Assembly: GCA_049840735.1 (NCBI GenBank)
Contig: JASGJN010000020.1
Coordinates: forward strand, 96,001-160,000
Source of the DNA: Anaeromyxobacter sp.
GTDB taxonomy: Bacteria; Myxococcota; Myxococcia; Myxococcales; Anaeromyxobacteraceae
Reading direction: 5' to 3'
Length of the DNA: 64,000 bases
Of the stretch, positions 10,054-22,942 are shown piece after piece (positions within the stretch are counted from its first letter, which is position 1; every line of letters starts with the position of its first letter). The position numbers and the translations under genes were made by a program. The notes under the pieces are model-generated. The model saw only the letters and a list, made by a program, of their open reading frames with translations. It was not told the DNA's origin and ran no database searches.

Positions 10054-11694
10054 TCACGCGTCGTCGCCGGCCACCGCGTCCAGCACCGCCTCCCGCCGCC
10101 GGGCCAGCAGCCGGCCGGTGCGCGGGAGCGCGGCCCGGTAGACGGCGGCGCCGGCCAGCCCGAGCGCCGCCCAGCCGCCCACCATCGCCCAGGGCGAGTC
10201 CAGCCAGAGCCCGACCAGGACCGGGACCGAGAAGATCCCGCCGCCGACCACCAAGATCGCCATGCCGAGCAGCGCCGAGAGCGGCGGGATCCAGCCGCCG
10301 CGCTGCACGGTGCGCGGCATGGCCCGCGGGTTGAGCGTGGACACCAGGTTCCCGGCCGACAGGAACCAGGGCGCGAGCGACAGGAACAGCACCGCCGCGC
10401 CCACCGCGGCCCAGGCTGGCGGCGCGCCCTGCGTGGCGGTCAGCGCCGAGGCGCTGGCCCCGAACAGCACCAGCGCCATCACCACCGCGCCCACGTTCTT
10501 GGCCCGCAGCACGTCGCCCGGGTCGACCGGGGCCAGGAACCAGAGCCGGGTCCCGCCGCGATCGCTCCCCAGCGCGTTGAGCCAGAAGACCTGCGTGACC
10601 AGGTGCGCGTAGAGCGCGAAGCCGAGCAGCGGCACGGCGGTCACCACCTCGCTGGCCTCGGCCTGCGTGAAGCGGGCGGCCCGCCAGCCCACGAAGGCCG
10701 CGAACCCCGGCACCACCAGCGCCAGCACGCCGGAGAGCGGGTGGCGGAGCAGGTACTTGAGCTCCTTCTCCAGCAGCGGCCCCAGCCGCCCCGGGAGCCG
10801 CCAGCCCGCGCCGGCCCCGCTCCCGCCGACGCGGGTGGGGACGCCGTCCGACCCGGAGCGCGCCTCGGCCAGCGCCAGCCGGAAGGCGGCCCAGCCCATG
10901 GCCGCGCCGGACAGCGCCAGCGCCCCCAGCCAGGGCAGCGCGGCCAGCGGCCGGCCCTGGTAGAGCGGCCGTGCGGCGAGGTCGGCCAGCGACGCCGGCA
11001 GCGCCAGCCAGCGGACCGCCTTCAGCACGCCCAGGAGCTGGGACACCGCGCCCCAGCCGCGGCTGCTGCCCCAGGCCAGCAGGAACGCGAGGCCGACGTA
11101 GATCGCGGCGATGCCCACCTCGCGCACGCGACGGCGGCCCCGCATCACCCGGGCCGCCAGCTCCTGGAGGAGCGCCGTGCCGGCCGCGGTCGCGGCGGCG
11201 AAGGTCAGGTTGACCAGCGCGAGCAGCACCGCCCAGGGCCCGGGGCGGGCCAGGGTGGCGCCGGCGAAGGCGCCCAGCAGGATCAGCGACCAGAACACGG
11301 CGAAGGGATCGCCCAGCACCGAGGCGGTCAGGCCGTAGGCGTACACGCGCCCAGGGCGCAGGGGGTAGACCAGGTAGCGGCGCAGGTCGAGCGCCTCCCG
11401 GTCGTTCATGGTCAGCGCCATGGCGGTCCAGGCCTGCCAGACGCCGAAGTAGAGCGCGGTGACGGTCCAGGTGGCGGCCAGGCCGTGCCCGGTGCGCACG
11501 GCGCCGAAGGAGCTCCAGCCGGCCATCACGGCGAAGGCCACGCCGGCGGGGATGGCCATCACCACCGTGAAGATGCGCGCCACCAGGTCCGGCACCCCGG
11601 CGCGCCCGCGCAGCGCCCGCCAGAGCAGCAGGAGCCGCAGCTCCACCAGGGCGCGCAGCGTCGCGCCGCCGTGCCCCTCCCGCGCCGGCGTCAC
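10054..11694 (-). CDS. ABC transporter permease (about 12 TM, ABC-2-like)
   Basis: Highly hydrophobic, overlaps the upstream ABC ATPase by GTGA. Confidence 0.8.
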   Translation of the reverse strand: MTPAREGHGGATLRALVELRLLLLWRALRGRAGVPDLVARIFTVVMAIPAGVAFAVMAGWSSFGAVRTGHGLAATWTVTALYFGVWQAWTAMALTMNDREALDLRRYLVYPLRPGRVYAYGLTASVLGDPFAVFWSLILLGAFAGATLARPGPWAVLLALVNLTFAAATAAGTALLQELAARVMRGRRRVREVGIAAIYVGLAFLLAWGSSRGWGAVSQLLGVLKAVRWLALPASLADLAARPLYQGRPLAALPWLGALALSGAAMGWAAFRLALAEARSGSDGVPTRVGGSGAGAGWRLPGRLGPLLEKELKYLLRHPLSGVLALVVPGFAAFVGWRAARFTQAEASEVVTAVPLLGFALYAHLVTQVFWLNALGSDRGGTRLWFLAPVDPGDVLRAKNVGAVVMALVLFGASASALTATQGAPPAWAAVGAAVLFLSLAPWFLSAGNLVSTLNPRAMPRTVQRGGWIPPLSALLGMAILVVGGGIFSVPVLVGLWLDSPWAMVGGWAALGLAGAAVYRAALPRTGRLLARRREAVLDAVAGDDA

Positions 11695-12458
11695 GCGGGC
11701 GTCCCCTCGCCCAGCCAGGACAGGCCGGCGCGCGGGACCTTCTCCTCGCCCACGGTGCGGATGAAGACCTCCTCCAGCGTGCCGGCGCCGCGGACCTCCT
11801 CCAGCGTGCCCTGCGCGGCCAGCCGCCCTTCGCGGATGATCCCGACGTGCGTGACCAGCCGCTCCACCACCTCCAGCACGTGGCTGGTGAGGAAGATGGT
11901 CATGGCCCCGCGGGCCACCAGCGCCTGCAGCAGCTGGCGGATGCCGGAGACGGCCACCGCGTCGATGCCCTCGAAGGGCTCGTCGAGGAACAGCAGCCTG
12001 GGCCCGTGGATGAGCGCGCAGCCCAGCGCCAGCTTCTTGCGCATGCCGTGGCTGTACGCGCCCACCAGCTTCCCGGCGTGCTCGGTCAGCTCCAGCGCGG
12101 CCAGCAGCTCGTCGGCGCGCCGCGCGGCCACGGTCCGGGGGAGGCCGTAGAGCTGGCCGTGGATGCGCAGCTGCTCGGCGCCGGAGAGCCGCTCGAAGAG
12201 CCCGAGCCCGTCGGGGACCACACCGATTTGCCGCTTCACCTCCAGCGCGTCGCGCTCGACGTCGAGCCCGAGGACGCGCGCGGTGCCGGTGCTGGCGGCG
12301 AGCAGGCCGGTGAGGATCTTGATGGTGGTGCTCTTGCCGGCGCCGTTGGGGCCGAGGAAGCCGTAGAAGGCGCCGGCGGGGACCGCCAGCGACAGGTCGG
12401 CGACCGCGGGCCTGCCTTCGAACAGCCGCGTCAGGCCTCGGGTCTCGATCGCGAGCAT
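11691..12458 (-). CDS. ABC transporter ATP-binding protein
   Basis: GPNGAGKST Walker A, YSHGM signature, LFLDEP Walker B, H-loop. Confidence 0.95.
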   Translation of the reverse strand: MLAIETRGLTRLFEGRPAVADLSLAVPAGAFYGFLGPNGAGKSTTIKILTGLLAASTGTARVLGLDVERDALEVKRQIGVVPDGLGLFERLSGAEQLRIHGQLYGLPRTVAARRADELLAALELTEHAGKLVGAYSHGMRKKLALGCALIHGPRLLFLDEPFEGIDAVAVSGIRQLLQALVARGAMTIFLTSHVLEVVERLVTHVGIIREGRLAAQGTLEEVRGAGTLEEVFIRTVGEEKVPRAGLSWLGEGTPA

Positions 12459-12515
12459 CCCGAGTCGGGTAACACGGGGACCGGGGTGCGGCAACGACGG
12501 CGGCGTGCGCCGATG

Positions 12516-12881
12516 TCAGTGGACGTCGGAGGTGGTGCCGGGCTCGGGCTCGAAGAAGAGGAAGCGCAAGCCCATCCCCCGCATGGCGAGCGGCCCGGGG
12601 TTGGGGCCGCGGGCGCGGCCCAGCAGGTGGCAGACGTACCTCACCTCGGCCACCGCCAGCATCTCGCCCTTCTCCGACGGGAAGGTGATGCGCACCTGTG
12701 ATCCGATGGGCTGCGGATTGCGGGTCTCGACGAAGAGGCCGCCCTCGGAGATGTTCCGCGCGATGCCGAGGGCGCAGCCCTGGTCGCCCTCCAGGTACAC
12801 CCGGAACACCTTGTCCAGGCGCGGCCCATCGCGCCGTTCCGCCGACTCCAGAGCCGCCCCACCGCGCCGAGACCAGAGCAT
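12516..12881 (-). CDS. PilZ domain protein
   Basis: ERRDGPR (RxxxR) and NISEGG motifs; GGAGGGA RBS. Confidence 0.85.
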   Translation of the reverse strand: MLWSRRGGAALESAERRDGPRLDKVFRVYLEGDQGCALGIARNISEGGLFVETRNPQPIGSQVRITFPSEKGEMLAVAEVRYVCHLLGRARGPNPGPLAMRGMGLRFLFFEPEPGTTSDVH

Positions 12882-13044
12882 CCGTCTCCCTCCGAACGGC
12901 TCCAGCCTATGGTGGTGGTCTGATGTAGTCAAAATTCCGACCTTAACCTACGCGCAGGCCTGACTATCCTCCAGGGTCGTCCCGTATCCTGAGTACGCTG
13001 GATTCCGGTGGTTTTCCCTCCCCCGCCGTCCGAGGTCGCGCCGA

Positions 13045-13641
13045 ATGTCCCTTCGCTCCCTGGCCGTGCTGGCCCTGGCGCTCGCTGGCTCCCCTGCTCT
13101 CGCCGACTTCGACTCGCTCTCCGCGGCCGCCCAGCGGCTCGACACGCTGGAGACCTTCCTGGCGGGCTACGTGGGCAAGTGCACCGACATCTACGAGCGG
13201 CAGACCTGCGAGGCCAACGTGGCGGCCGCCCGCCGCGCGGCCGCGGGCAAGACCTTCTCGGTGCGCGTCTCCAACGCGACCCAGCTCGTTCACCCGCAGC
13301 GCAAGGGCGGCGCCTACGTGCTGCTCCTCACGCCCTTCGTGGACGGCGGCGGCCTCGCGCTCACGCACGGCCAGCCGTCCGGCCAGGACGCGGCCGGCAA
13401 CCCGCGCATCGCGCTCATCCCCATCAACAGCCCGCTGCCGCCCGGCATGATGGAGATGGACTTCGAGCGTCCGTTCCGCACCGGGTCGATCGAGCTGGAG
13501 ATCATCTTCCGGCCGGAGCGCACCTGGAAGCTGCCCCGCCGCGGCGAGTCCGGCTCCATGGACGGCGTGGCGGCCCGCTTCCTGGGCGTGCAGGTGATCG
13601 ACGCCCGGTCCGGGCAGGTGATCGCGACGCGGCTCCTGTAG
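13045..13641 (+). CDS. secreted hypothetical protein (myxobacterial DUF6066-like)
   Basis: Signal peptide (SPALA), Cys pair, host-like codon usage. Confidence 0.7.
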   Translation: MSLRSLAVLALALAGSPALADFDSLSAAAQRLDTLETFLAGYVGKCTDIYERQTCEANVAAARRAAAGKTFSVRVSNATQLVHPQRKGGAYVLLLTPFVDGGGLALTHGQPSGQDAAGNPRIALIPINSPLPPGMMEMDFERPFRTGSIELEIIFRPERTWKLPRRGESGSMDGVAARFLGVQVIDARSGQVIATRLL

Positions 13642-13664
13642 CGCTCCTCGGTCCGCGCCCCCGG

Positions 13665-15266
<1,602 letters not shown>

Positions 15267-15348
15267 GGGGTCACGTCTCCGCGGTGAGGGGGCTCGGCCA
15301 CGACTTCACTGTTCTAAGGCCAGGACGGCCTGCCTGGCCTGCGCCGGA

Positions 15349-15888
15349 TCAGGCCTGGGCCAGGCGACCCACCCGCACCCGGGCGGGGCGCAGGATCCGC
15401 TCGCCAATCCGGTAGCCGGCCCGGAGCTCCTGGAGCACCAGGCCGTCCTGGGCGGTGTCGGCCACGGCCATGGTGTCTACCGCCTCGGCCAGCCGCGGGT
15501 CGAACGGCTGCCCCATGACGGTCAGCCGCTCCGCCCCCAGCTCCGCCACCCGCTTGTGCAGCCCCATCAGCGAGAGCCGGACGCCCTCCGCCAGGTTGTG
15601 CAGGGCGTCGCCATGGGCCTCGCCGGCCAGGCTCACCGCCGCCAGCGCCCGCTCCAGGTCGTCCGAGGCCTCCAGCAGCGCCTGGGCCACGCCGGCCCGC
15701 TCGGCCTCGACGACGCGCGCCCGCTCGCGCTCCTGGCGCTGCCGGAAGGCCTTGTTGTCCTCCAGCAGCGCGGCGTAGGCGCGCGACAGCTCGTCGATCC
15801 GGGCGGCCTGGGCGGCCAGCTGGGCGTCGCGCGGATCGGGGGCGGTCTCTCCGGCGACATCCTCGCAACCATCTTGCGGCATCGGCAT
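15349..15888 (-). CDS. grpE: nucleotide exchange factor GrpE
   Basis: Coiled coil, DDLERAL, GQPFDP, GYRIGERILRPARVRV. Confidence 0.9.
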   Translation of the reverse strand: MPMPQDGCEDVAGETAPDPRDAQLAAQAARIDELSRAYAALLEDNKAFRQRQERERARVVEAERAGVAQALLEASDDLERALAAVSLAGEAHGDALHNLAEGVRLSLMGLHKRVAELGAERLTVMGQPFDPRLAEAVDTMAVADTAQDGLVLQELRAGYRIGERILRPARVRVGRLAQA

Positions 15889-15950
15889 CGGTCTCGGTCT
15901 CCTCCGGAGCCGAACCTAAGCAGGCGATGGGGCGTGTCAAACCGGACGCG

Positions 15951-16190
15951 TCAGGCGTCCGGCCCGGGCGCGTCCTCCTCGCGGGCGTGGTCCTCGACCG
16001 GCCGGTCCTGGCCGTCCCGGATCTCCACCCCGGCCGCGCGCAGGCTGTAGAACAGCAGCCAGCGCTCCGCCGCCGAGAGGCTCCCCTGCGGCAGCGAGCG
16101 GTCGATCTCGTCCACCGTCAGGTGGCCCTCGCGGATGCCCCGCTGGAAGAGCGCCTTGCGCGCCTCGTGGCTGTCGCTGGTGTGCTTCAC
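15951..16190 (-). CDS. stand-alone RNA polymerase sigma factor region 1.1 domain protein
   Basis: [21 protein letters not shown]...SLRAAGVEI matches the sigma70 r1.1 pattern. Confidence 0.75.
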   Translation of the reverse strand: MKHTSDSHEARKALFQRGIREGHLTVDEIDRSLPQGSLSAAERWLLFYSLRAAGVEIRDGQDRPVEDHAREEDAPGPDA

Positions 16191-18207
16191 GGGCCCTCCC
16201 CGTCCGGCGCCGGCCCGGCCACCGCCTGCGGCAGCGTCCAGCGGGATCCCTCCGACACCGCCACCGGCCGGTTGGGCGACTCCGGCGGCGCCTCGGCGTG
16301 CCCGCGCCCCTCGATGGTCTCCGGGCGCGTCACCTTGGGCCCCCAGAGCCGGTGATCTCCTCCTCCTCGATCACCTCCACGGTCAGGAGCCGCGCCGCCA
16401 GCGATCCCAGCTTGTCACGGTGGGTGCGCACCAGCTCCCGGGCCCGCTCCAGCGCCTCCCGCACCATGGCCTGGACCTCGCGGTCCACCGCCAGCGCGGT
16501 GTGATCCGAGTAGGTGCGCTGCTCGAGCCCCTTCACGCCCAGGAAGCTCGGCCCGGAGGCGTCGCCCAGCGAGACCGGGCCCAGCCCGCTCATGCCGTAG
16601 TCGCGGACCATCATCCGGGCCAGGCCGGTGGCCTGCTGCAGGTCGTTGGAGGCGCCGGTGGACGGCTCCCCGAAGACCTCCTCCTCGGCCACGCGGCCGC
16701 CCATCAGCCCCGCCATCCGGTCGCGCAGCTCGCTGCGCGTCAGGAGGTACCGGTCCTCGAGCGGCAGCTGGAGCGTGTAGCCCAGCGCCCCCAGGCCGCG
16801 CGGGATGATGGAGACCTTGGAGACGCGGTCGGCGTGGGGCAGCATCCAGGAGACCAGCGCGTGGCCGGCCTCGTGGAAGGCGACGATTTCCTTCTCGCGC
16901 TCGTTGATGCGCCGGCTCTTCTTCTCCAGGCCGGCCACCACGCGCTCGATGGCCTCCTCGAACTCGGCCCGCGTGACGTGGCTCTTGTTGCGGCGGGCGG
17001 CCAGCAGGGCCGCCTCGTTCACCACGTTGGCCAGGTCGGCCCCGGCGAACCCCGGCGTGCGGGTGGCCACCGCGCGCAGGTCCACGTCCGGCCCCAGCTT
17101 CACCGCGCGTGCGTGGATTTGCAGGATGCGCTCGCGGCCCCGCTTGTCGGGGCGGTCCACCAGCACCTGCCGGTCGAAGCGGCCGGGCGCATCAGGGCCG
17201 GGTCGAGGATCTCCGGCCGGTTGGTCGCGCCCATGATGATCAGCCCGGCCCGGGCGTCGAAGCCGTCCATCTCGGCCAGCAGCTGGTTCAGGGTCTGCTC
17301 GCGCTCGTCGTGCCCGCCCATCACCCCGGCGTTGCGAGACTTGCCCAGCGCGTCCAGCTCGTCGATGAAGACGATGCAGGGGGCCTTCTGGGTGGCCTGC
17401 TGGAACAGGTCGCGCACGCGCGCCGCGCCCACGCCCACGAACATCTCCACGAACTCGGAGCCGGAGAGCGAGAAGAACGGCACCCCCGCCTCGCCGGCGG
17501 TGGCGCGGGCCAGCAGCGTCTTGCCGGTGCCGGGCGGCCCCACCAGCAGCACGCCCTTGGGGATCCGGCCGCCCAGCCGGCGGTACTTCTCCGGCGTCTT
17601 CAGGAACTCGACGATCTCCTGCAGCTCCTCGACCGCCTCGTCGATGCCGGCGGCGTCCTGGAAGGTGACGCCGGTGTCCGGCTCCATGTGCACGCGGGCC
17701 CGCGACTTCCCGAAGGCCATCACGCCGGGCGGGCCCTGGCCGATCTGGCCGGACATGCGCCGCATCACCCACGCCCAGAACAGCAGGCCGATGGCGATGG
17801 GCGCCACCCAGACCCAGAACAGATCTCCCATCCCCGCCCCCCGAGACCGCGTCGTACGGGATGCCCGCCTTCTCGATGGCGGGCACGAGGTCGTCGCCGC
17901 CGCCCGGGATCCGGGTGGCCACGTAGGGAAGCGCCGCGTCCTGCGTCTTCGCGCTCTCCATGGGCCGCGGCACGCCGCGGACCCAGTCCGGGCCGATCAC
18001 CACCCGCTCGAAGGCGGACTGGTGGATCATCTCCTTGAACTGCGAGTACGGGATGCGCCGGACGCCCACGTCCTGGAAGGCGCGGAACAGGAACACGGCC
18101 AGCGCGATCAGCACCAGCCAGGCCGCGGGCGAGGCCAGGGGCACGCGCGGCTGCCCCGGCACCTTCCCCCGCTCCCCGCGGCCCTGGGGCTTCTTTTCGT
18201 CGGACAC
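16187..18207 (-). CDS. ftsH: ATP-dependent zinc metalloprotease FtsH (apparent frameshifts near 17832, 17185 and 16350)
   Basis: [42 protein letters not shown] spread over several frames; corrected stop overlaps the next gene (GTGA). Confidence 0.93.
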
Positions 18208-18427
18208 CAGGCCTCCTGCCCCCTTCCCAGGCAATGTGCGCATGGGAGGGGTCCGGGCAATGCGAGGACCCAACCGCCTCGGGCCCGCCGGGGGCGCGCC
18301 GCGACCACCGCGGACGGCCCCCAGCCGTTCTCACGATCGGTGGATAACGGGGCGGGCGCGCGCGCGCCGCAGCAGCCAGGCGGGCGCCTGGTCGCGAGGG
18401 GTCACAGGGAGGGGGAGGAGCGGCTGC

Positions 18428-18818
18428 CTACAGCCCGAGCAGCTTGGCGATGCTCTTCTCGTCCGCCGGCGGGAACTCGTACTGCTCCAGCTCGTCCGGG
18501 CGGACCCAGCGGTGATCGTGGACGCGCAGGTGCTGGATGGGGCCGGCCACCAGCCTGCAGCGGTACACGCAGAAGTCGATGTCGTAGGCCTCGTACGCGT
18601 GCTCGACGTGGATGACGCGGTCGTCCACCACCACGTCGATGGCCATCTCCTCGCGCAGCTCGCGCGCCAGCGCCGCCTGGTCGGTCTCCGCCGGTCTCCA
18701 CGCGACCGCCGGGGAACTCCCAGAGCAACGGCAGGGAGGCGGTGGGCGGGCGCTGGGTCAGCAGGTACCGGCCGTCCTTCTCGATCATCGCGCCCACGAC
18801 CCGGATCTTGCGACGCAT
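18428..18818 (-). CDS. MutT/NudG-like (d)NTP pyrophosphohydrolase, Nudix (frameshift near 18690)
   Basis: WEFPGG.VE.GE....[11 protein letters not shown]udix box split across frames; FPPAD. Confidence 0.85.
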
Positions 18819-18996
18819 GTGCTCGCTCCCGTCCCTCGCGCTCAGCCCCGGACGGTACCGCAGGGGGCACCCCCGTGGTCCCGACCATACCGGAGGGTGA
18901 ATTGTAGAATCCGGCCCTCATGCCGTCCATCCGCTTCCTCGGCGCGCCCGCTGAGAGCCCGGCCGCCGCGCGCCGTCCGGCGTACCTGGGGGTCCC

Positions 18997-19851
18997 ATGA
19001 GCAGCGCCGCGGTGCCTGCCGACCCGGGCCTCCGCCCGGCGCTGCTGGACGGGGCCATGGGCACCGCGCTGCTCGCGCGCGGGCTGCCGCAGGGCACCCC
19101 GCCCGAGCGCTGGCTGGTGGAGCGTCCCGGCGAGATCGAGGCGGTCCACCGGGCGCATGCAGGCGCAGGGGCCGAGGTCCTCCTCACCTGCACCTTCAAC
19201 CTGGCCGCGCCGCGCATCGGCCAGCTGGCGGAGGCCGGGCTGGGGGCGCTGGCCGCCCGCGCCGTGCGGGCCGCCCGCGCGGCCGCGCCGGGGGTGCGCG
19301 TGGCCGGTGCGCTCGGCCCCACCGGCCTGTGCGGCCCGGGCCAGCCGTACGTGCCCTCCGAGCAGCTGCGCGAGGCCTACCGGGCCGCGGCCGAGGCGCT
19401 GGCCGGCGCCGGCGTGGATCTCCTCTGGCTGGAGACGCAGTGGGACGCGGCGGAGGCCTCGGTGGCCCTGGCCGCGCTGCGCGACATGGCACTGCCGGTG
19501 GTGGTCACCTTCGTGCTGCGGACCGAGGCCGGGCGGCTGGTGGCGCCGGACGGCACCTCGGCCGAGGCGCTGCTGCTGCGGGCCGCCGAGGGGGGCGCGG
19601 CGGCGGCGGGGGTCAACTGCGTCGAGCCCGGGCCGGCGCTGACGGCGCTGGCCGGGTATGCGCGGGAGCACCTCTCCATCCCGTTCGTCGCCAAGCCCAG
19701 CCCGGGCCTGCCCGGCGCGATCCGCCCGCCGGAGGTCTTCGCCGCGGCGCTGGCGCCGGTGCTGGCGGCGGGCGTGGGCGCGGTGGGGGCCTGCTGCGGC
19801 GCCACCGCCGATCACCTGCGGGCGGTGGCCGCCGCGCTCGGGCGCGCCTGA
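18997..19851 (+). CDS. homocysteine S-methyltransferase family protein
   Basis: LLDGAMGT, GALGPTG, LET, GVNC and GACCG zinc ligands. Confidence 0.88.
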   Translation: MSSAAVPADPGLRPALLDGAMGTALLARGLPQGTPPERWLVERPGEIEAVHRAHAGAGAEVLLTCTFNLAAPRIGQLAEAGLGALAARAVRAARAAAPGVRVAGALGPTGLCGPGQPYVPSEQLREAYRAAAEALAGAGVDLLWLETQWDAAEASVALAALRDMALPVVVTFVLRTEAGRLVAPDGTSAEALLLRAAEGGAAAAGVNCVEPGPALTALAGYAREHLSIPFVAKPSPGLPGAIRPPEVFAAALAPVLAAGVGAVGACCGATADHLRAVAAALGRA

Positions 19852-20843
19852 GCCACCGCCGCGGCCAGCTCGGCCGGATCCACGGAGAGGGCCCCCGGCA
19901 CCCGCGCCAGCGCGCGCTCCGGCATCGACGGCACCACCGCGGTCGCGGGCGCCTGGCAGATGGCCCGGCCGCCGCAGCGCGCCAGCTCGGCCAACCCCTC
20001 GGCGCCGTCCGCGCCCATGCCGGAGAGGACCACGCCGGTGGCGCGCGCCCCCAGCGCCGCCACGCTGCCCAGCAGCCGGTCGGCGCTGGGGACGTAGCGC
20101 GAGACGGCCGGCGCGCTGCGCGCCTCGGGGCCGTCCAGGACCAGGTCCTGCCCGGCGCCGGGCACCAGCGCCACCCCCGGCGCCAGCGGGGCCGCGCCGC
20201 TCACCACCACCGTGGGCCAGCCCGAGGCCGACTCCAGCCAGCGCGCGAAGGCCGGCACGAACTCGCCGTCCATGTGCTGCGCCACCAGCACCGCCCGCCC
20301 CTCGCGCGGCAGCTGGCGCAAGAGCTCGCCCAGCACCCAGACGCCGCCGGTGGAGCTGGCCACCGCCACGGCCTGGAGCTCCGGGTCCCCCGCCCGCGCC
20401 GGCTGCAGCGGCAGCGCCGTCCGCGGCTCGCCGCGCCGCGCCGTCACCACCGGCACCCGCGCCATGAGCAGGATCCGCTCTGCCGCGCGCGGCGCGCCGG
20501 CGGGCACCAGGTCCACCACCCCGGGGCCGAGCAGCTCCCGGCAGGCGGCGACGCCCGGCGGCAGCAGCCCCACCACCGGCGCCACGCCCGCCAGCGTGGC
20601 CGTGGCCCGCTCCAGCCGGTCCAGCAGCCCGGCCCGGTCCGGCCCGCCCACCACCGCGACGCCGGCGTGGCGCCGGAGCAGCTGCGGGTTGGGGAGACCG
20701 CGGAAGGCGCGCATGACCAGCGCCCCGGCCGCCGCCAGCGCCGCGTCCAGCCCGGGGTGGAGCGCCAGCACGTGGTCGTCCAGCACCACCGCGCACGGCT
20801 CGGCGCGCGGCCCGCCCACCCCGCGCGGCGCCGGGGTGCTCAC
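19812..20843 (-). CDS. cheB: chemotaxis methylesterase CheB with divergent N-terminal domain
   Basis: ASSTGG, VAQHM, PSAD, SGMGADGAEG, SMP. Confidence 0.88.
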   Translation of the reverse strand: MSTPAPRGVGGPRAEPCAVVLDDHVLALHPGLDAALAAAGALVMRAFRGLPNPQLLRRHAGVAVVGGPDRAGLLDRLERATATLAGVAPVVGLLPPGVAACRELLGPGVVDLVPAGAPRAAERILLMARVPVVTARRGEPRTALPLQPARAGDPELQAVAVASSTGGVWVLGELLRQLPREGRAVLVAQHMDGEFVPAFARWLESASGWPTVVVSGAAPLAPGVALVPGAGQDLVLDGPEARSAPAVSRYVPSADRLLGSVAALGARATGVVLSGMGADGAEGLAELARCGGRAICQAPATAVVPSMPERALARVPGALSVDPAELAAAVAQARPSAAATARR

Positions 20844-22942
20844 GGGGCCCGCACCCCCAGCCGCGCCAGCGTCTCGGAGAGGACGCCCGCGTTGAAGCGC
20901 GACTTGATCAGGTAGGCGTCGGCCCCGGCCGCGGCGCCGGCGCTGCGGGTGGCGTCATCGTCCTGCGAGGTGAGCAGCACCACCGGCAGCCGCTCGGTGC
21001 CCGCCCGCGCGCGCAGGGCGCGGGTGAGCGAGAGGCCGTCGCGGCGCGGCATGTTCACGTCCGAGACCACCACGTCAGGCAGCCCCTCGTCGATCCGCTG
21101 CAGCGCCTCCTCGCCGTCGGCCGCCAGGCGGACCCGGAAGCCCTGCTGCTCGAGCAGCACGCGCAGCACCTCGCGCGTGGCCAGCGAGTCCTCCGCCAGC
21201 ACCACCTCCAGCGCCCGGCGCGCCGCGGCCGCGGGGGCCACGGCCCCGGCCTGGGCCGGCGGGGCCGCCACCGGCCGCGCCCGGGCGCGGGCCAGCAGCA
21301 GGCGCGGGTGGAGCAGCGCCACCGGCGTGCCGTCGGCCAGCCGCGCGATCCCGGTGACCAGCGCGTCGGCCTGGGCGACGCCGGGCACGGCCGCCGGGAC
21401 CATCCCGGTCACCGCCCCCACGTCCTCCACCGCCACCGCCGCCATGCTCCCCTCGGCCCGGACCACCAGCGCGAACCGCTCGCGCCCGGGCCTGGCCGGC
21501 AGCCCCAGCGCCTCGGAGAGCGGCACCAGCGGCAGGATGGTCTCGTCCACCGCCAGGGTCCGGCCGGCGGGGCCGTCGTGCACCGCCGTGCCGGCGGCGG
21601 CCAGCAGCACCGTCCGCTCCACCGTGCCGATGGGCAGGCCGAAGGTCCGGCCGCCGGCGGTGATGGAGAGCGCCTCCACCGCGTAGACCTCGAGCGGCAG
21701 CGAGAAGGTGACGGTGGCGCCCAGCCCGCGCACGGAGCGGATCTGGATGGCGCCGCCGGTCTCGCGGGCCAGCTGGGCCACCGCCGAGAGCCCCAGGCCG
21801 CGGCCGGAGACGTCGGTGGCCTCGGCGCGGGTGGAGCCGCCCTCGAAGGCCCAGCGCTGCAGCACCTCCTCGTCCGGCAGCGCCTCGGCCGCAGCGGCGT
21901 CGCCGCCGCGCCGCGCCAGCTGGGCCCGGATGGCCACCACGTCGAACCCGGCGCCGTCGTCGGCCACCTCGACCTGCAGCGCCGACTCGGCGGTGGAGAG
22001 CCGCACCGCCACCCGCCCCGCCGCCGGCTTGCCCGCCGCCCGCCGCGCCTCGGGCGGCTCGATGCCGTGGTCGAGCGCGTTGCGCAGCAGGTGGCGCATC
22101 AGGCCGCGGGCGGTCTCGAGCGTGCGCCGGTCGGCCCGCACCTCCCCGGCGACGATCACCGGCACCACCTGCTTGCCCAGCCGCGCCGCCAGCGCCTCGA
22201 TCTCCGCCTCCAGCCCGCCCAGCGCGTGGTCGGCCCGCACCAGCCGCAGCGAGGCGATGAGCCCCTCCAGCGCGGCGGAGGCGGTGGCCAGCCCCTGCAG
22301 CGCCGGATCCTCCACGCGGGCCTCGTGCAGGTGGGCCAGCGCGCGGGACACCGACGCGGCCAGGCGCAGCGCCTCGTCCACGTCGCCGGCCGGCACGCTG
22401 AGCCGCTCCTCGCCCTCCGGCGCCCTGGCCGGGCGCTTCTCGGCTGCGCGCGCCGCGGGCGGCTGCGAGGTCGGGCGCGGCGCGGGGGCCGCGGGAGCCG
22501 CGCCAGGTGCGGCGCCCGCTCGCTGCTCGCCGGGCCCGGCGCCGACGGGTGGCGCCGCCACGGTGGCCAGCAGCGGCTTCAGCAGGTCCTCGGGGAAGGC
22601 GTCGGCCAGCATGGCCGCCATCCGCTCCAGCCCGGCGCCGATCAGCTCCAGCGCCCGGGTGATGCGGCCGTCGCGCACCGCCGCGGCGGCGGGATCGTCC
22701 CCCAGCCGCCCCAGCGCCAGCGCCTCGAGGTCGTGGAGCGCCCGCGCCAGCTCCCGGTACTCCAGCGAGGCGGCGGCGCCCTTGAGCCCGTGGGCGATGC
22801 GGCCGAAGTCGGCCAGCGCCTCGCCGGCCTCGCCCTCGCGCAGCCGGGCCGAGAGCCCGCGCAGCACCTCCAGCGACTCCTTCGCCTCGGCCACGAACAG
22901 GCCGACCAGCCGTGCGCGGGTGGCCGCGTCCACGCCGTTCAT
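20840..22942 (-). CDS. cheA: hybrid CheA-receiver histidine kinase (FrzE-like)
   Basis: Hpt AHGLKGAA, HLLRNALDHGIE, DDGAG, SGRGLGL, CheW domain, C-terminal REC (AEDS, SDVNMP, K). Confidence 0.92.
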   Translation of the reverse strand: MNGVDAATRARLVGLFVAEAKESLEVLRGLSARLREGEAGEALADFGRIAHGLKGAAASLEYRELARALHDLEALALGRLGDDPAAAAVRDGRITRALELIGAGLERMAAMLADAFPEDLLKPLLATVAAPPVGAGPGEQRAGAAPGAAPAAPAPRPTSQPPAARAAEKRPARAPEGEERLSVPAGDVDEALRLAASVSRALAHLHEARVEDPALQGLATASAALEGLIASLRLVRADHALGGLEAEIEALAARLGKQVVPVIVAGEVRADRRTLETARGLMRHLLRNALDHGIEPPEARRAAGKPAAGRVAVRLSTAESALQVEVADDGAGFDVVAIRAQLARRGGDAAAAEALPDEEVLQRWAFEGGSTRAEATDVSGRGLGLSAVAQLARETGGAIQIRSVRGLGATVTFSLPLEVYAVEALSITAGGRTFGLPIGTVERTVLLAAAGTAVHDGPAGRTLAVDETILPLVPLSEALGLPARPGRERFALVVRAEGSMAAVAVEDVGAVTGMVPAAVPGVAQADALVTGIARLADGTPVALLHPRLLLARARARPVAAPPAQAGAVAPAAAARRALEVVLAEDSLATREVLRVLLEQQGFRVRLAADGEEALQRIDEGLPDVVVSDVNMPRRDGLSLTRALRARAGTERLPVVLLTSQDDDATRSAGAAAGADAYLIKSRFNAGVLSETLARLGVRAP